Source of the DNA: Acidobacteriota bacterium
Lineage (GTDB): Bacteria > Acidobacteriota > Vicinamibacteria > Vicinamibacterales > CAVVIG01
Length of the DNA: 64,000 nucleotides
Direction: 5' to 3'
Assembly: GCA_003222395.1 (NCBI GenBank)
Contig: QHWB01000069.1
Span: 9,660 to 73,659 of the forward strand
Below, one piece after another: positions 42,791-52,706 of the stretch. Position numbers and translations under genes: made by a program. Under the pieces are notes generated by a model. The model ran no database searches. It was given only the letters and a program-made list of their open reading frames with translations, and was not told the origin of the DNA. Each line of letters begins with the position of its first letter. Position 1 is the stretch's first letter.

Positions 42791-43327
42791 TCAGCGCTTT
42801 CGCTGCTGAATCTGCGCGACGAAGAACCGCTTCAGCGTTTCGTTCGTGAGCCCGAGTTCCGTCGCTTCTTCGAGCGCCTTGTCGGTGTCCCAGCCATCGA
42901 CGATCGTGCGTTTCATGAGCCACATCCCGGCGGCTCTTCCACCGCCAGCTCAATGGATGAACGCCGGCTGGACGCCCGGCGCGGTGATCGTCTTCAGAAA
43001 CGTGTCGACGACCGCGGGGTCCGGCGCCGCCGCACTGAATGGGATGTGGTAATAGGGAATATCGGCCACCTTCGCAGCGGCGATGTTAGCGTCGATGTCG
43101 GCCCCCGGCTCGGTCGCGAGGCGGAGGTTGATGATCGACGCGTAACCCATCTTCTTGATTTCCTGGATCGCGGTGGGCGTAATGGCGCCTGCGCACGCCA
43201 CGGTCGATTCGACCTTGGCGAAGTTCCGGATACCAGGGACCTCCTGCCTCACAACCTGCGCACTCGCCGCGGTGGCCATCAGGCCAGCGAGCGTGAACAG
43301 CGCAAGCGTCGGAATCTCCGGTTGCAT
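42791..43327 (-). CDS. Secreted DUF442/Blh-like PTP-fold phosphatase/sulfurtransferase with in-frame TGA at catalytic Cys: candidate selenoprotein
   Basis: RBS AGGAGG plus ATG 43327, signal peptide, GYASIINLR, YYHIPF, FIH-TGA-AGGGRAA (42952-42950). The frame continues 52 sense codons (...GWDTDKALEEATELGL...) to TGA at 42793-42791. Confidence 0.7.
42917..42936 (-). promoter_or_regulatory. Candidate bacterial SECIS hairpin
   Basis: GAGCCGC-CGGGAT-GTGGCTC: 7-bp stem with one G-U pair; loop begins 20 nt after UGA with G at loop position 2. Confidence 0.5.
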
Positions 43328-43469
43328 GCCCGCACCTCCTTTTGAAAGGTGCAGCTTACCACTCCGGGTGAGCCCCATGCGCGCGCCAGCGGCAGACCGA
43401 CGCCGGTGGTCGCCTTCCGATCGGCATGAGGATCTCGGGGTCCTGCTCACCGCCAGGAAACGACAGCGC

Positions 43470-43600
43470 GAACGTCTCACGTCCACGAGTAGCGCGGCTT
43501 CCTCACCCGGACGCAGAGAGGCGTAGATGTCCCCGCCCAAGTCCGCCGGCATCTTCGCGCCGGGTTCGCGCACGATGAGTACGCTCTCTACCCTTTTCTC
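43470..43600 (-). pseudogene. C-terminal fragment of a TIR-like nucleotide-binding domain protein
   Basis: VLIVREPGAKMPADLGGDIYASL resembles the P.DL.G..Y end of CAP12/Pycsar-type TIR domains. Confidence 0.4.
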
Positions 43601-44229
43601 ACCGGCCGTTACCGAACCCATGCGTCTGATTGGCGGCCAGCTGTGCCGAGGCGTTGCCGGCCGCGAACAGCACGAAGGCGCAGGTCGCGACCGTCGGTCC
43701 CAAGACCTGAAGCCGTGCAAAGCGAAGAGAAAGTCGCGGATGCGGTACCCGGATCATGTCAATGCTCCTTTTGTTGTGGCGTCGCTCGATGATGACCTCG
43801 CGACGTTGGCCTGCCTCGATCGAGGATTTGCGCGGCGCGTGATGCGCAAATGAAATGCCCGACGCGATCGAGTGAAACGCACGACAAATCGGACGCTGCG
43901 CCAACGGCTGGCCTACGATCGAAGTAAGCCGCTTTCGCGTTGAGTACAGTTTAGGGATGTTCTTGACGAACCGACTCGACCTGGAATGCCTTTCACAAAA
44001 GAACAATGACGTACGGACTTACAGAGGGCATCCACCTCGATAAGGATGTCTTCGATTGTGAGGCGCTTCGATCACGCGCTCACAACTGCTTCGGAATGCC
44101 GAACCGATCCGACCGGACAACACTGTTGGTTTGGTCGAAGTGCGGGTTCGCTGTTTGCCGCGGTCGCACCGAGGACTATTCCCACAACGCGAAGGGCGCA
44201 TTGGGGGGCGATCAACGGAGCGACGGATG

Positions 44230-44823
44230 GACGACCAGCAGTCCGTTATGCGTGCGGCCGACGCGGCCACGGACTGGCTCGTCGACAAGGGATATATGCA
44301 CGTGCTGGTCGAGGTGGCCAACGAAGCCGACAACGCTGGATTCAAGCACGACATCATCAAACCCACCGGAGGAGCAGTACGGCTCATCGAGCGATTGAAG
44401 GAGCGATCGAAAGGCAAGGTCGGGTCGCCGGCGGGCCGGCTGCTCGTCAGCACCAGCCTGAATGGGGGACGAGTGCCGTCGGATTCGCTGGTGAACGTGG
44501 TCGACTTCGTTCTGCTGCATGGCAACGGTGTCCAGGATCCGGCGCGCATCACGCAGATGGTCGACGGAGACCAGGAAGCTGCCGAGCTATCGCGGGCAGC
44601 CGATCGTCTTCAACGAGGACGACCATTTCGATTTCAGCAAGCCGTAAAACAACATGCTGGCCGCGCTGCGCGCTTATTCGAGCTGGCGATACTTCGATTA
44701 CCGGATGACCGGAGAGCGGTTCGACGACGGGTACCAGAACGTGCCGGTCAACTGGACGATCAGCTCGCCGCGAAAGCGGGAGTTCTTCGCGCTTCTGTCC
44801 AAGGTGACGGGTGGCAACCGATA
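44230..44823 (+). pseudogene. C-terminal fragment of a glycoside-hydrolase-like TIM barrel protein
   Basis: ATDWLVDKGYMHVLVEVANEAD...DFVLLHGNG / PIVFNEDDHFDF / GYQNVPVNW, frameshifted. Confidence 0.5.
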
Positions 44824-44894
44824 GCCTCTGGAACAGGCTGTAGTGTGTCTACGTCTTATGTTTAAGGCTCTCGATACCCGAGGTCCTGCATTCC

Positions 44895-47621
44895 TTGCGA
44901 GGGGATACGCGCACCGACCTTTCGGACGGCGTTCTCGATACGTTTCCTGCTGTTGCGTGGCTCAAGAACGATCCGCGTGCCTTGGACTGGAACGGGCCCG
45001 CGACCCGGCTCTTCACGCGCTTTCGCGAGGACAATTTGCAGCGGCCGATCATCGAGCTCTTCGAGCGCGTGGCCCGGCGAGAGCGAAGCCGCATCGCAAT
45101 CAGGGAAGCGAACACGGCTCTCACCTTTGGTGAACTGTGGGACGCGGTCTCGGGACTTGCCGAAATCCTGGGGGCCAACACGGGGCCCGGCGACCTGATC
45201 GCCATCCTGCTGCCGGCATGCCCGATGTTTCCGATCGCCATGCTCGCATGCCTCGCCGCAGGACACCCGTTTGTCGTCCTCGATACACACCATCCGCCGG
45301 ACTGGCTCGGCGACGTGCTGCGGCAGGCACGCCCGACGCTGGTCATCACGCTCGACGATGGTCTGCGGAGTGTCGAAGCTCGGATGCCCACGGTGCGTGT
45401 CATCCGTTTGACTGGCTTGCCCAGGTCCGCGCCCAAGGGTTGGCGACCGGCCCCTATGGGTTTGGATGAACCCGCTTGTGTCCTATTCACGTCCGGCAGC
45501 ACAGGGCAGCCAAAGAGCGTCGTGAATAGTCAGCGAAACCTGCTGCAGCGCGTGGCGCAATCGATCAATGCCGCGCACATCAACGCCGCGGACCGACATC
45601 TGACTCTTGCTCCGGCCTGCACGATCGTCGGCGTCCGGGACGTCATGACCGCGCTGCTGGCGGGAGCGAGCATTCACCTTCTCGATCCGCGAGGTGTCGG
45701 GGCACGCGAGATCTTGCACGTGATCCGCGCGGAGGCCATCACCGTCCTCTTCGCGTTTCCGGCTCTTCTACGATCCATCGTCGCGGCTCGGGAAGGACAC
45801 GCGGACGCTGCTCTGAGGCTGGTGCGCGTCGGCGGAGACACGACCGTGTGGAACGACGTCGAGACGCTGCGCGCGTGGCTTGCACCAGAGGCCGCAGTCC
45901 AACTCGTCTACGCGGCGACGGAAGCGCCGATGATGCAGTGGTTCGTGAACGACACGTGCAGACGTGAGGATGCTCGCATTCCCATTGGCTATCCGCTGCC
46001 TGGCAACCATCTCGCGTTAGTCGACGAAGACGGTCGTGCTACGCCGCCAGGCGAAGTCGGTGAGCTCATCGTCGGAGGACAATACGTTTCGCTGGGAAGT
46101 TGGGTCGAGGGACGGCTCGCGGACAAGAGCGTTGAAACGGACGCCACGCATGGAGAGCGGATTTTTCGCACCGGAGACCTCGCGCGCCAGCGGCCCGACG
46201 GGTTGCTGGAGCGAGTCGGCCGCAAGGATAGGCAGGTCAAGATACGCGGGTTTCGCGTCGATCTCGATGGAGTCGAGGCCATGCTTCGCGCGCACACATC
46301 CGTTCGAGATGTGGCCGTGACGGGACGGCCGAGCAGCGCCGATGGCACGTTGACGCTCGTCGCATATGTAAGTGCGCGCGATGGAGCGCCTCCTGAACTG
46401 ATTGGCGAATTGAAGGAGTTGATGCGCTCCGCACCGCTGGCGATGCGCCCCGCACGCTTCTATCTTGAGCCTTCGATTCCGCGGCTGCCGAGCTCGAAAC
46501 TGGATATTCGCGCGCTCGCCGCCCTCGACGAGGCCCGTGTTCAACGGGAACGTGCTGAATCGATCGACGAAGCCACGCTTCCGGGGATCGGCGGCGATCA
46601 CGTGGCGCAGACGGTGGCTGGCGTCTGGCAAGATGTGTTGCTCACACCGGTTCGAGCAACTGACGATGATTTTTTCGACAGCGGCGGCGACTCGCTCAAG
46701 GCCATCACATTCGTGCTCGAGCTCGAGCGGGTACTCGGCTTCGAGATCCCGCTCATGCTGATCAGCGAGGCGCCGAGGTTCTCTCAGCTTTGCCAGGCGC
46801 TGAGAGAGCGGCGCGCACCAGGCTCGACTCCTCTGGTCACTCTCAAGGCGGGCAGCGGCCTGCCGGCGGTTTTCTTCATCCATGGCGTTGGCGGAAATCT
46901 CGTCGAAATCCTGCCTACGGCGCGGCGCTTGACTTACGGTGGCGCCGTGATTGGCATTCGGGCGCGCGGTGTAGTACGCGGAGAAAAACCGCACACGAGC
47001 ATCGAGGCGATGGCCGTGGACTATCTGAGAGAGATCAAGCAGCGCCAGCCGAACGGTCCGTATCACCTGTGCGGCTATTCCTCAGGTGGACTTGCAGCGT
47101 TCGAGATTGCCCGACGCTTGTCCGAGTCGGGCGATGAAGTCGGTTTGGTCGGGCTGTTTGATACGACGATGAGTCCGGTGCGATGGCCATTACAGACCTG
47201 GCTCGCCATCAGCGCTCGGCGAATGGCGCTCTTCGCCGCCGCTCTGCGCGCGGTGTCAATTCGGAGGTGGCCCGCCACACTGCGCAAGTCAGTCGAGCAA
47301 CTTCGCGCGTGGCGTCTCTCTGTCAGCGACTCGCCCTTAATTGGAGTCAAGGTCGCGGCAAGCGCGCTCATCGCCTCAGCAAGGTATCAACCAGGGTTTT
47401 ATCGCGGTGAGCTCACGCTGTTCTCGCCCGCAGGGCGCGAGCCTGGCCTTCCCTCTCTCGAGTCTATCTGGCGCAAGCATGCTCGAGCGGTGGTCGTCGT
47501 CGACACGCCGGGAACCCACTTAACAATGCTCTCGCCGAGTCATGCGGAGACAACGGCTGCATGTGTGACGCAGTGTCTGCCCTCTGGTCCTCTCGCGCTC
47601 ACAAGTGGCAATGGCGCGTGA
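44895..47621 (+). CDS. Monomodular NRPS-like enzyme (A-T-TE)
   Basis: A3 LFTSGSTGQPKSV, A5 YAATE, A7 FRTGDL, A8 GRKDRQVKIRG, A10 SSKLD; T domain FFDSGGDSL; TE domain GYSSGG and PGTHLTML. Confidence 0.88.
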   Translation: MRGDTRTDLSDGVLDTFPAVAWLKNDPRALDWNGPATRLFTRFREDNLQRPIIELFERVARRERSRIAIREANTALTFGELWDAVSGLAEILGANTGPGDLIAILLPACPMFPIAMLACLAAGHPFVVLDTHHPPDWLGDVLRQARPTLVITLDDGLRSVEARMPTVRVIRLTGLPRSAPKGWRPAPMGLDEPACVLFTSGSTGQPKSVVNSQRNLLQRVAQSINAAHINAADRHLTLAPACTIVGVRDVMTALLAGASIHLLDPRGVGAREILHVIRAEAITVLFAFPALLRSIVAAREGHADAALRLVRVGGDTTVWNDVETLRAWLAPEAAVQLVYAATEAPMMQWFVNDTCRREDARIPIGYPLPGNHLALVDEDGRATPPGEVGELIVGGQYVSLGSWVEGRLADKSVETDATHGERIFRTGDLARQRPDGLLERVGRKDRQVKIRGFRVDLDGVEAMLRAHTSVRDVAVTGRPSSADGTLTLVAYVSARDGAPPELIGELKELMRSAPLAMRPARFYLEPSIPRLPSSKLDIRALAALDEARVQRERAESIDEATLPGIGGDHVAQTVAGVWQDVLLTPVRATDDDFFDSGGDSLKAITFVLELERVLGFEIPLMLISEAPRFSQLCQALRERRAPGSTPLVTLKAGSGLPAVFFIHGVGGNLVEILPTARRLTYGGAVIGIRARGVVRGEKPHTSIEAMAVDYLREIKQRQPNGPYHLCGYSSGGLAAFEIARRLSESGDEVGLVGLFDTTMSPVRWPLQTWLAISARRMALFAAALRAVSIRRWPATLRKSVEQLRAWRLSVSDSPLIGVKVAASALIASARYQPGFYRGELTLFSPAGREPGLPSLESIWRKHARAVVVVDTPGTHLTMLSPSHAETTAACVTQCLPSGPLALTSGNGA

Positions 47622-47692
47622 ACGAGCCGTAGCCGTCAACGTTCTGATCGATCTCTAAGTGGTGGTGTACCCACCGCCGACGCGCGAAAGGT

Positions 47693-48922
47693 ATGGACCT
47701 CCATCCCATCCTCCGCGACGCAAACAGGGCACGTCTGGTGTTGCTCGCAACAGATTGTTGGAACCAGACGAATGGAATCACAACGCTGTATCGAGCCGTG
47801 ATTCGCTGCATGGATGAGCGGTTCCGCGGATACTGTCGGCTGCTGGTCGTTCATCCGACCGATCACGCCTGCGAACAGTCGATTGGATACGGTCATCAGG
47901 CGATCGGAATGGCACCACGCTTCCGATTTCATCTTCCGCAGTATCCGGAGCTGGTCACCGGATATGTTAGACACAAGGACTTCAGAAACCTTGAATCTAT
48001 GTATGGGCATGTCGACGTAGTCCATGTTGCGACGCAGGGCTTTCTAGGCTTGTCTGCGATGCGGTACGCCGCCAGGTATCGAAAGCCGTGCGTCGGCTTT
48101 TATCACACCAATTGGCCCGCATATGTCAGCGAATATCTGCCGTCCCTAATCCCGTCTCGCCTGAAGGCGACCGCCGCACAAATGATCGCACGTCGGTGGG
48201 ACCGACTGATCTATGGACAATGCAGCGTTCTCATCGCGCACACGAGCCGCACCGAACGATGCCTCAGCAGCGTGCTGAAACGGAAGCTTCTTTACGCCTC
48301 GGCGTTTGTCGATGTCCGGCGGTTTGCAACGGCCGACGTGATGCCATCAGGCGATCAGGACGCTGAGCCGGTTGTATTCGGGTTTGTTGGCAGAATCGCA
48401 AAAGAGAAACATCTCTCCCGAATCCTGAATCATGCCGACACGATCAAGCGTCTCGGTTGTCGATTGACGATTGTTGGCGATGGACCCGAGCGGCGGCGTT
48501 TCGCGCGCGCGAGCGCCGATTTTGTCGGCTACAAACATGGTGACGATCTCGTGGCAATGTACCGAGCCATACACTTTCTGTTGATACCGACACGCAGCGA
48601 TACGCTCGGCTTGGTCCTGCTCGAGGCCGCGGCCTGCGGAACTCCAGCCGTCGCCTTGCGAGGGACGGTCGCGGCAGATTTGATCTCGCGCTACGGATCC
48701 GGCGTCGTCGTCGACGATTTCGACGATGGCGTATTTCAATACCTTCACAACGTGGCGCGATCGGATCAGTTCAAGGAAATGCGAGCTCGAGCAAAGGCAA
48801 TGGCCGCCGATCATGATGTGTCACTTGGGACGACGATCCTGGTCAAAACATGGCTCGATGCTTGCCGCGTCGCGCAGCATCGCCAAGAGACGGTTGGCGA
48901 GGCATCCGCGACCGGTTCCTGA
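47693..48922 (+). CDS. Glycosyltransferase family 4
   Basis: QTNGITT, DVVHVATQGFLG, FYHTNWPAY, FVGRIAKEK, VGDGPER, DTLGLVLLEAAACGTP. Confidence 0.9.
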   Translation: MDLHPILRDANRARLVLLATDCWNQTNGITTLYRAVIRCMDERFRGYCRLLVVHPTDHACEQSIGYGHQAIGMAPRFRFHLPQYPELVTGYVRHKDFRNLESMYGHVDVVHVATQGFLGLSAMRYAARYRKPCVGFYHTNWPAYVSEYLPSLIPSRLKATAAQMIARRWDRLIYGQCSVLIAHTSRTERCLSSVLKRKLLYASAFVDVRRFATADVMPSGDQDAEPVVFGFVGRIAKEKHLSRILNHADTIKRLGCRLTIVGDGPERRRFARASADFVGYKHGDDLVAMYRAIHFLLIPTRSDTLGLVLLEAAACGTPAVALRGTVAADLISRYGSGVVVDDFDDGVFQYLHNVARSDQFKEMRARAKAMAADHDVSLGTTILVKTWLDACRVAQHRQETVGEASATGS

Positions 48923-48937
48923 GTCGACGGACCTGGA

Positions 48938-49233
48938 TGTGGTCGCAAAGAGTCGATTCAGGCGGATTCGGCAAGTTCGGAACGTCGCGGACATCGTCCT
49001 GAACGGGCGGCGAGGGGATGGTGCGTCAGACGCAGCCGTCGAGGGCGTGATCGCTCAAGCACCTGAAGCTGATGGCGCAACGCGAGCACCTCGAGGTGCA
49101 ACGCCGCACGTGACCGCACGCAACCTCGGAGGGTCATAAGGAGCCAGACGAAGACCGACATCGGCGGGAAGCGTATCGGTGGTTGGCCGCAACATCAATC
49201 GTGACAACAAGAACGGAATTTTCAGCAGCCACA
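48938..49233 (-). mobile_element. 296-bp internally deleted rve-element (MITE-like), copy F
   Basis: Ends TGTGGTCGCAAAGAGTC and (rc) TGTGGCTGCTGAAAATTC; encodes only RSRAALHLEVLALRHQLQVLER. Confidence 0.65.
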
Positions 49234-49317
49234 GGCTGAGGAGCGGCTGAGAACGGGCGTTATGCTAACGCCCAGACAGCCCTGATGCGGCCCAGTGTCC
49301 TGCGGTAGTATTCCGGC

Positions 49318-50493
49318 ATGATGGGACGACATCTCGACCGCCGTACGCTGCTGCAACTGATCGGCGGCGTCGCCGTCGCGGGCGTGCCGAGGATGTCCGG
49401 CGCGGCCGTTGAGAGCGTCGTGATCGCCGGCGGCGGCATCATCGGCGCGAATCTCGCGTATCGGTTCGCAAAGCGCGGCGCATCAGTCACGGTTGTCGAG
49501 CGAACCAAGCCGGCAAGCGGTGCGACTGCGAATTCCTTTGCTTGGATCAACTCGACGTACTCGAAACAGCCGCTCTCGTACTTCAACCTGAATCGGCTCG
49601 GCATCGAAGCGTGGCAGCAGCTCGACCGCGAGCTGCCCGGCGACCTCCCGCTGCGATGGGGCGGCAGCGTCGAATGGTACGGCGACGAGGCGCGCGCGAA
49701 GGCCTTCCGCGAAGAGGTGCGCCATCATCAAGGGTGGGCGTACCCGACGCACTTGATCGACGACGCCGCACTGCGCGCGCTCGAGCCTCACGTCGAACCC
49801 GGACGGGTGGCTGCCGCGGCGCACGCCGAGCTCGAAGGCAGCGTCGATCCTGTCAGAGTGACAGAGCTGCTCCTCGAGCGCGCGAAGAGCGCCGGCGCAC
49901 GCGTCAGCTATCCGTCCGCAGTCACTGGCCTCGATGAGCGGAACGGCAAGCTGCGCGCGGTCAAGACGACCGCCGGAGAGATCGAAGCCGACGTCCTGAT
50001 TGTTGCCTGCGGCACTGACACGCCTCGCGTCGCGGCGCTGGCGGGCGTGCGCGTTCCGCTCAAGGAATCGCCGGGCGTGCTGGTGCACACGCCGCCGCAG
50101 CCGCGCGTACTCGAACGTGTCGTGCTGTCGCCGGTCGTTCACATGAAGCAAAAGCCGGACGGCCGGATCGTGTGCGGCTCGGGGTTCGGGGGATCGCCGA
50201 CCAACGACGCGAGTCGCGAGGCGGCCGAGCAATTTCTGAGCAAGGCGAGCCAGGTGCTGCCGGCGTTCGCAAGGACGAGTATCGAGAAGGTGACGCTGGG
50301 ATATCGCCCGTTGCCGCAGGATGAATTCCCGATCATCGGCTTTCCGCCGGCGAGGCGCGACGTGTACGTCACCGTCATGCACAGCGGCGTGACGCTGTCG
50401 CCGCTCGTGGCGCACCTCGCCGTGCTCGAAATTCTCGACGGCGTGGAGGCCGAACCGCTCGCGCCGTATCGGCCCGCGCGTTTCAACACGTGA
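49318..50493 (+). CDS. FAD-dependent oxidoreductase (DAO/glycine oxidase family), Tat signal
   Basis: LDRRTLLQL Tat motif, VVIAGGGIIG, GATANSFAWIN, GYRPLPQDEFPIIG, HSGVTLSP. Confidence 0.9.
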   Translation: MMGRHLDRRTLLQLIGGVAVAGVPRMSGAAVESVVIAGGGIIGANLAYRFAKRGASVTVVERTKPASGATANSFAWINSTYSKQPLSYFNLNRLGIEAWQQLDRELPGDLPLRWGGSVEWYGDEARAKAFREEVRHHQGWAYPTHLIDDAALRALEPHVEPGRVAAAAHAELEGSVDPVRVTELLLERAKSAGARVSYPSAVTGLDERNGKLRAVKTTAGEIEADVLIVACGTDTPRVAALAGVRVPLKESPGVLVHTPPQPRVLERVVLSPVVHMKQKPDGRIVCGSGFGGSPTNDASREAAEQFLSKASQVLPAFARTSIEKVTLGYRPLPQDEFPIIGFPPARRDVYVTVMHSGVTLSPLVAHLAVLEILDGVEAEPLAPYRPARFNT

Positions 50494-50528
50494 CCGTAGC
50501 GCAGCCTTCACGGCTGTTCGGAGGATCC

Positions 50529-51377
50529 ATGCAGATGCGTCTTGCCGCGACGGCAGCCGCCCTTGCGTGCGCTGCCGGAGCCGCCGCTCCCGCGCTCCGT
50601 GCGGCCGAGGACTCGCAGAACAACGTCATCGCGCTGCTCGCGGCCGGCAAGCCAGCGATCGGTGTCTGGACCGGCGCCACTCCGGCCACGCGCATCGCCA
50701 AGGTCCTCGGCACGAGCGACGCCGACTTCATCGTCGCGGATCTCGAGCACGACATCTACGACTTCCAGGCGCTCCATCGGTTCCTGCTCGAGATCGCGGA
50801 CTTTCACCACCGCTATCGAACGCAGCCGCGCCCGATGCCGAATGTCCTCGTGAAGCTCGCGCATCGCGGCGGATGGGATCCGCGGTACGAAATCTCGGAA
50901 GTGATGCGCGTCGGCCCCGCGATCGGCGTGTGGGTGCCGATCGTCGAAAGCGGCGCCGAGATGCAGCGCATCGTCTCCGCGTTCGGTCAGGCCGAACAGT
51001 CAGGCTTCGAAGGGCTCAATCTGTCGGGGCAAGGCGGTCACACCGGCGTCTCGCCACTCTGGCCGACGAACCCCAAGGGACAGCTGATGGTCGTCGCGAT
51101 GATCGAGACCGACGAAGGCGTTCGTCACGCGGAACAGATCATCTCGACGCCGGGCCTCGCTGCGCTGCACGTCGTGCACCTGTCCGAAGCCGACAACGAC
51201 AAGATCCTCAAGCTATGCCAGAAGTACCACGTCGTTCCGGCGATCGACGCGACGCCGGATGACGTCAAGGCGCGCGTCGCGGCGGGCTGGAGGCTGATCA
51301 GCCTCGGGTGGGATTTCGGCATGCTGCAGAAACAGCTCGGCGAGACGCTGAAGGCGACGCGCAACGCGATCAAATAG
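50529..51377 (+). CDS. HpcH/HpaI aldolase-like protein with signal peptide
   Basis: DFIVADLEH, VWVPIVES, LWPTNPKGQLMVVAMIET.EGV...EQIISTPG; Ala-rich signal peptide; RBS GGAGG. Confidence 0.75.
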   Translation: MQMRLAATAAALACAAGAAAPALRAAEDSQNNVIALLAAGKPAIGVWTGATPATRIAKVLGTSDADFIVADLEHDIYDFQALHRFLLEIADFHHRYRTQPRPMPNVLVKLAHRGGWDPRYEISEVMRVGPAIGVWVPIVESGAEMQRIVSAFGQAEQSGFEGLNLSGQGGHTGVSPLWPTNPKGQLMVVAMIETDEGVRHAEQIISTPGLAALHVVHLSEADNDKILKLCQKYHVVPAIDATPDDVKARVAAGWRLISLGWDFGMLQKQLGETLKATRNAIK

Positions 51378-51512
51378 CTCGCGCAGGTCGCGACCCTTGA
51401 GTCACGTCGCGTCGTACCCGGCGAGCCGGCGGATCATTGCATCAACACGCAATTCAGCGTTGGAAGTAACCTAGAACCGCCGTCGGTTGTTCAAGGAGAA
51501 GGGAGCGAGGCG

Positions 51513-52625
51513 ATGTCCGGTTCAGGTTTCGCGAGATTGTGGTTCGTTCCGGTTTTGGTCATCTGGATTGCGCTGCAGGGAAGCAGCGTTCAGGGGCAGC
51601 AGCGGGGAGGCACTCCTCAGACGGAGAAAGTTCGGCCCATCAACAGTGGCCCCAATCCATATCGCGTGATCCGCGATTGGGCGCAGCTGAATCTGGAAGG
51701 TCGCCCGTGGGGCGGTTCTAACGGCGTCGCGATCGACCGCGATGGCAAAACCGTGTGGGCGACGGACCGATGCTCGCCGGGGACGACCCCGGGATGCCTC
51801 GGCACCAACGCGAACCCCGTGCACCATTTCGATGAGTCCGGGAAGGAGATCAGGAGCTTTGGCGGAGGGATGTTCGTCTGGCCGCATGGCATCCACGTCG
51901 ATCGTGATGGAAATTTGTGGGTGACCGACGCGCGCGCCCCAAGCGCCGATGATCTCGAGAAGTTTCCCGGAGAACACAACAAAGGGAGCGTCGTCGTCAA
52001 GTTCAATCCCGACGGCAAGGTTCTCATGACGCTCGGCAAACCGGGCGTGAGGGGAACTCCTCCCGATGCCCTGATCGAGCCAACTGACGTCGTCACCGAC
52101 CCGAGGAATGGTGATGTTTACGTAGCCGAGAGCCACACCGACGTCACCGATCCCAATCTAATCGGACGCATCTCCGTGTTCGACAAAAATGGAAAGTACC
52201 TCAGAGCGATCGGCAAAGCGGGAACCGGCCCGGCCGAGTTCCGGACGCCGCACGCGCTCGAGTTCGATTCCCGGGGTCGGCTGATCGTCGCCGACCGCCA
52301 TAACCATCGTATTCAGATCCTGACGAAAGACGGGAAGTTTCTCAGTGAATACGACGACTTCGGCCGCGTCAGCGGGCTGGCCATCGACACGAGCGACATG
52401 ATTTACACGGCCGACTCAGAGTCGACCGACAGGGTTCACCCGGGCTGGCTCAAGGGGATTCGGATCGGCAGTCTCAAAGACGGCAAGGTGATGATGTTCA
52501 TCCCACCCCACAAGACGGATTCTCCCGATGGCGCCATGGGGGAAGGCATCGCCATCGACACTGCGGGCAATTTGTACACGGCGGAAGCAACCCTGAGGGG
52601 CGTGACGAAATACGTCAAGAATTAG
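51513..52625 (+). CDS. Secreted NHL-repeat beta-propeller (peptidyl-alpha-hydroxyglycine lyase-like)
   Basis: FVWPHGIHVDRDGNLWVTD, EFRTPHALEFDSRGRLIVADRHNHRIQI. Confidence 0.85.
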   Translation: MSGSGFARLWFVPVLVIWIALQGSSVQGQQRGGTPQTEKVRPINSGPNPYRVIRDWAQLNLEGRPWGGSNGVAIDRDGKTVWATDRCSPGTTPGCLGTNANPVHHFDESGKEIRSFGGGMFVWPHGIHVDRDGNLWVTDARAPSADDLEKFPGEHNKGSVVVKFNPDGKVLMTLGKPGVRGTPPDALIEPTDVVTDPRNGDVYVAESHTDVTDPNLIGRISVFDKNGKYLRAIGKAGTGPAEFRTPHALEFDSRGRLIVADRHNHRIQILTKDGKFLSEYDDFGRVSGLAIDTSDMIYTADSESTDRVHPGWLKGIRIGSLKDGKVMMFIPPHKTDSPDGAMGEGIAIDTAGNLYTAEATLRGVTKYVKN

Positions 52626-52706
52626 AGATCCGTTTCGTCGCCGGGACCTGCGCTTCAGAATATCCTCGACTACGAGCGTTGCTGTGAGGCCTGAGGCCCC
52701 CAGCGT

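Noticed and set aside
42950-43720. 256-aa ORF as listed in the track
   Set aside because: The real start is the RBS-backed ATG at 43327; the upstream extension runs through unrelated fragments and the TGA is probably internal.
44838-44866. dif-like site (TTATGTTTAAG resembles the XerD arm)
   Set aside because: No matching XerC arm at the 6-bp spacing.
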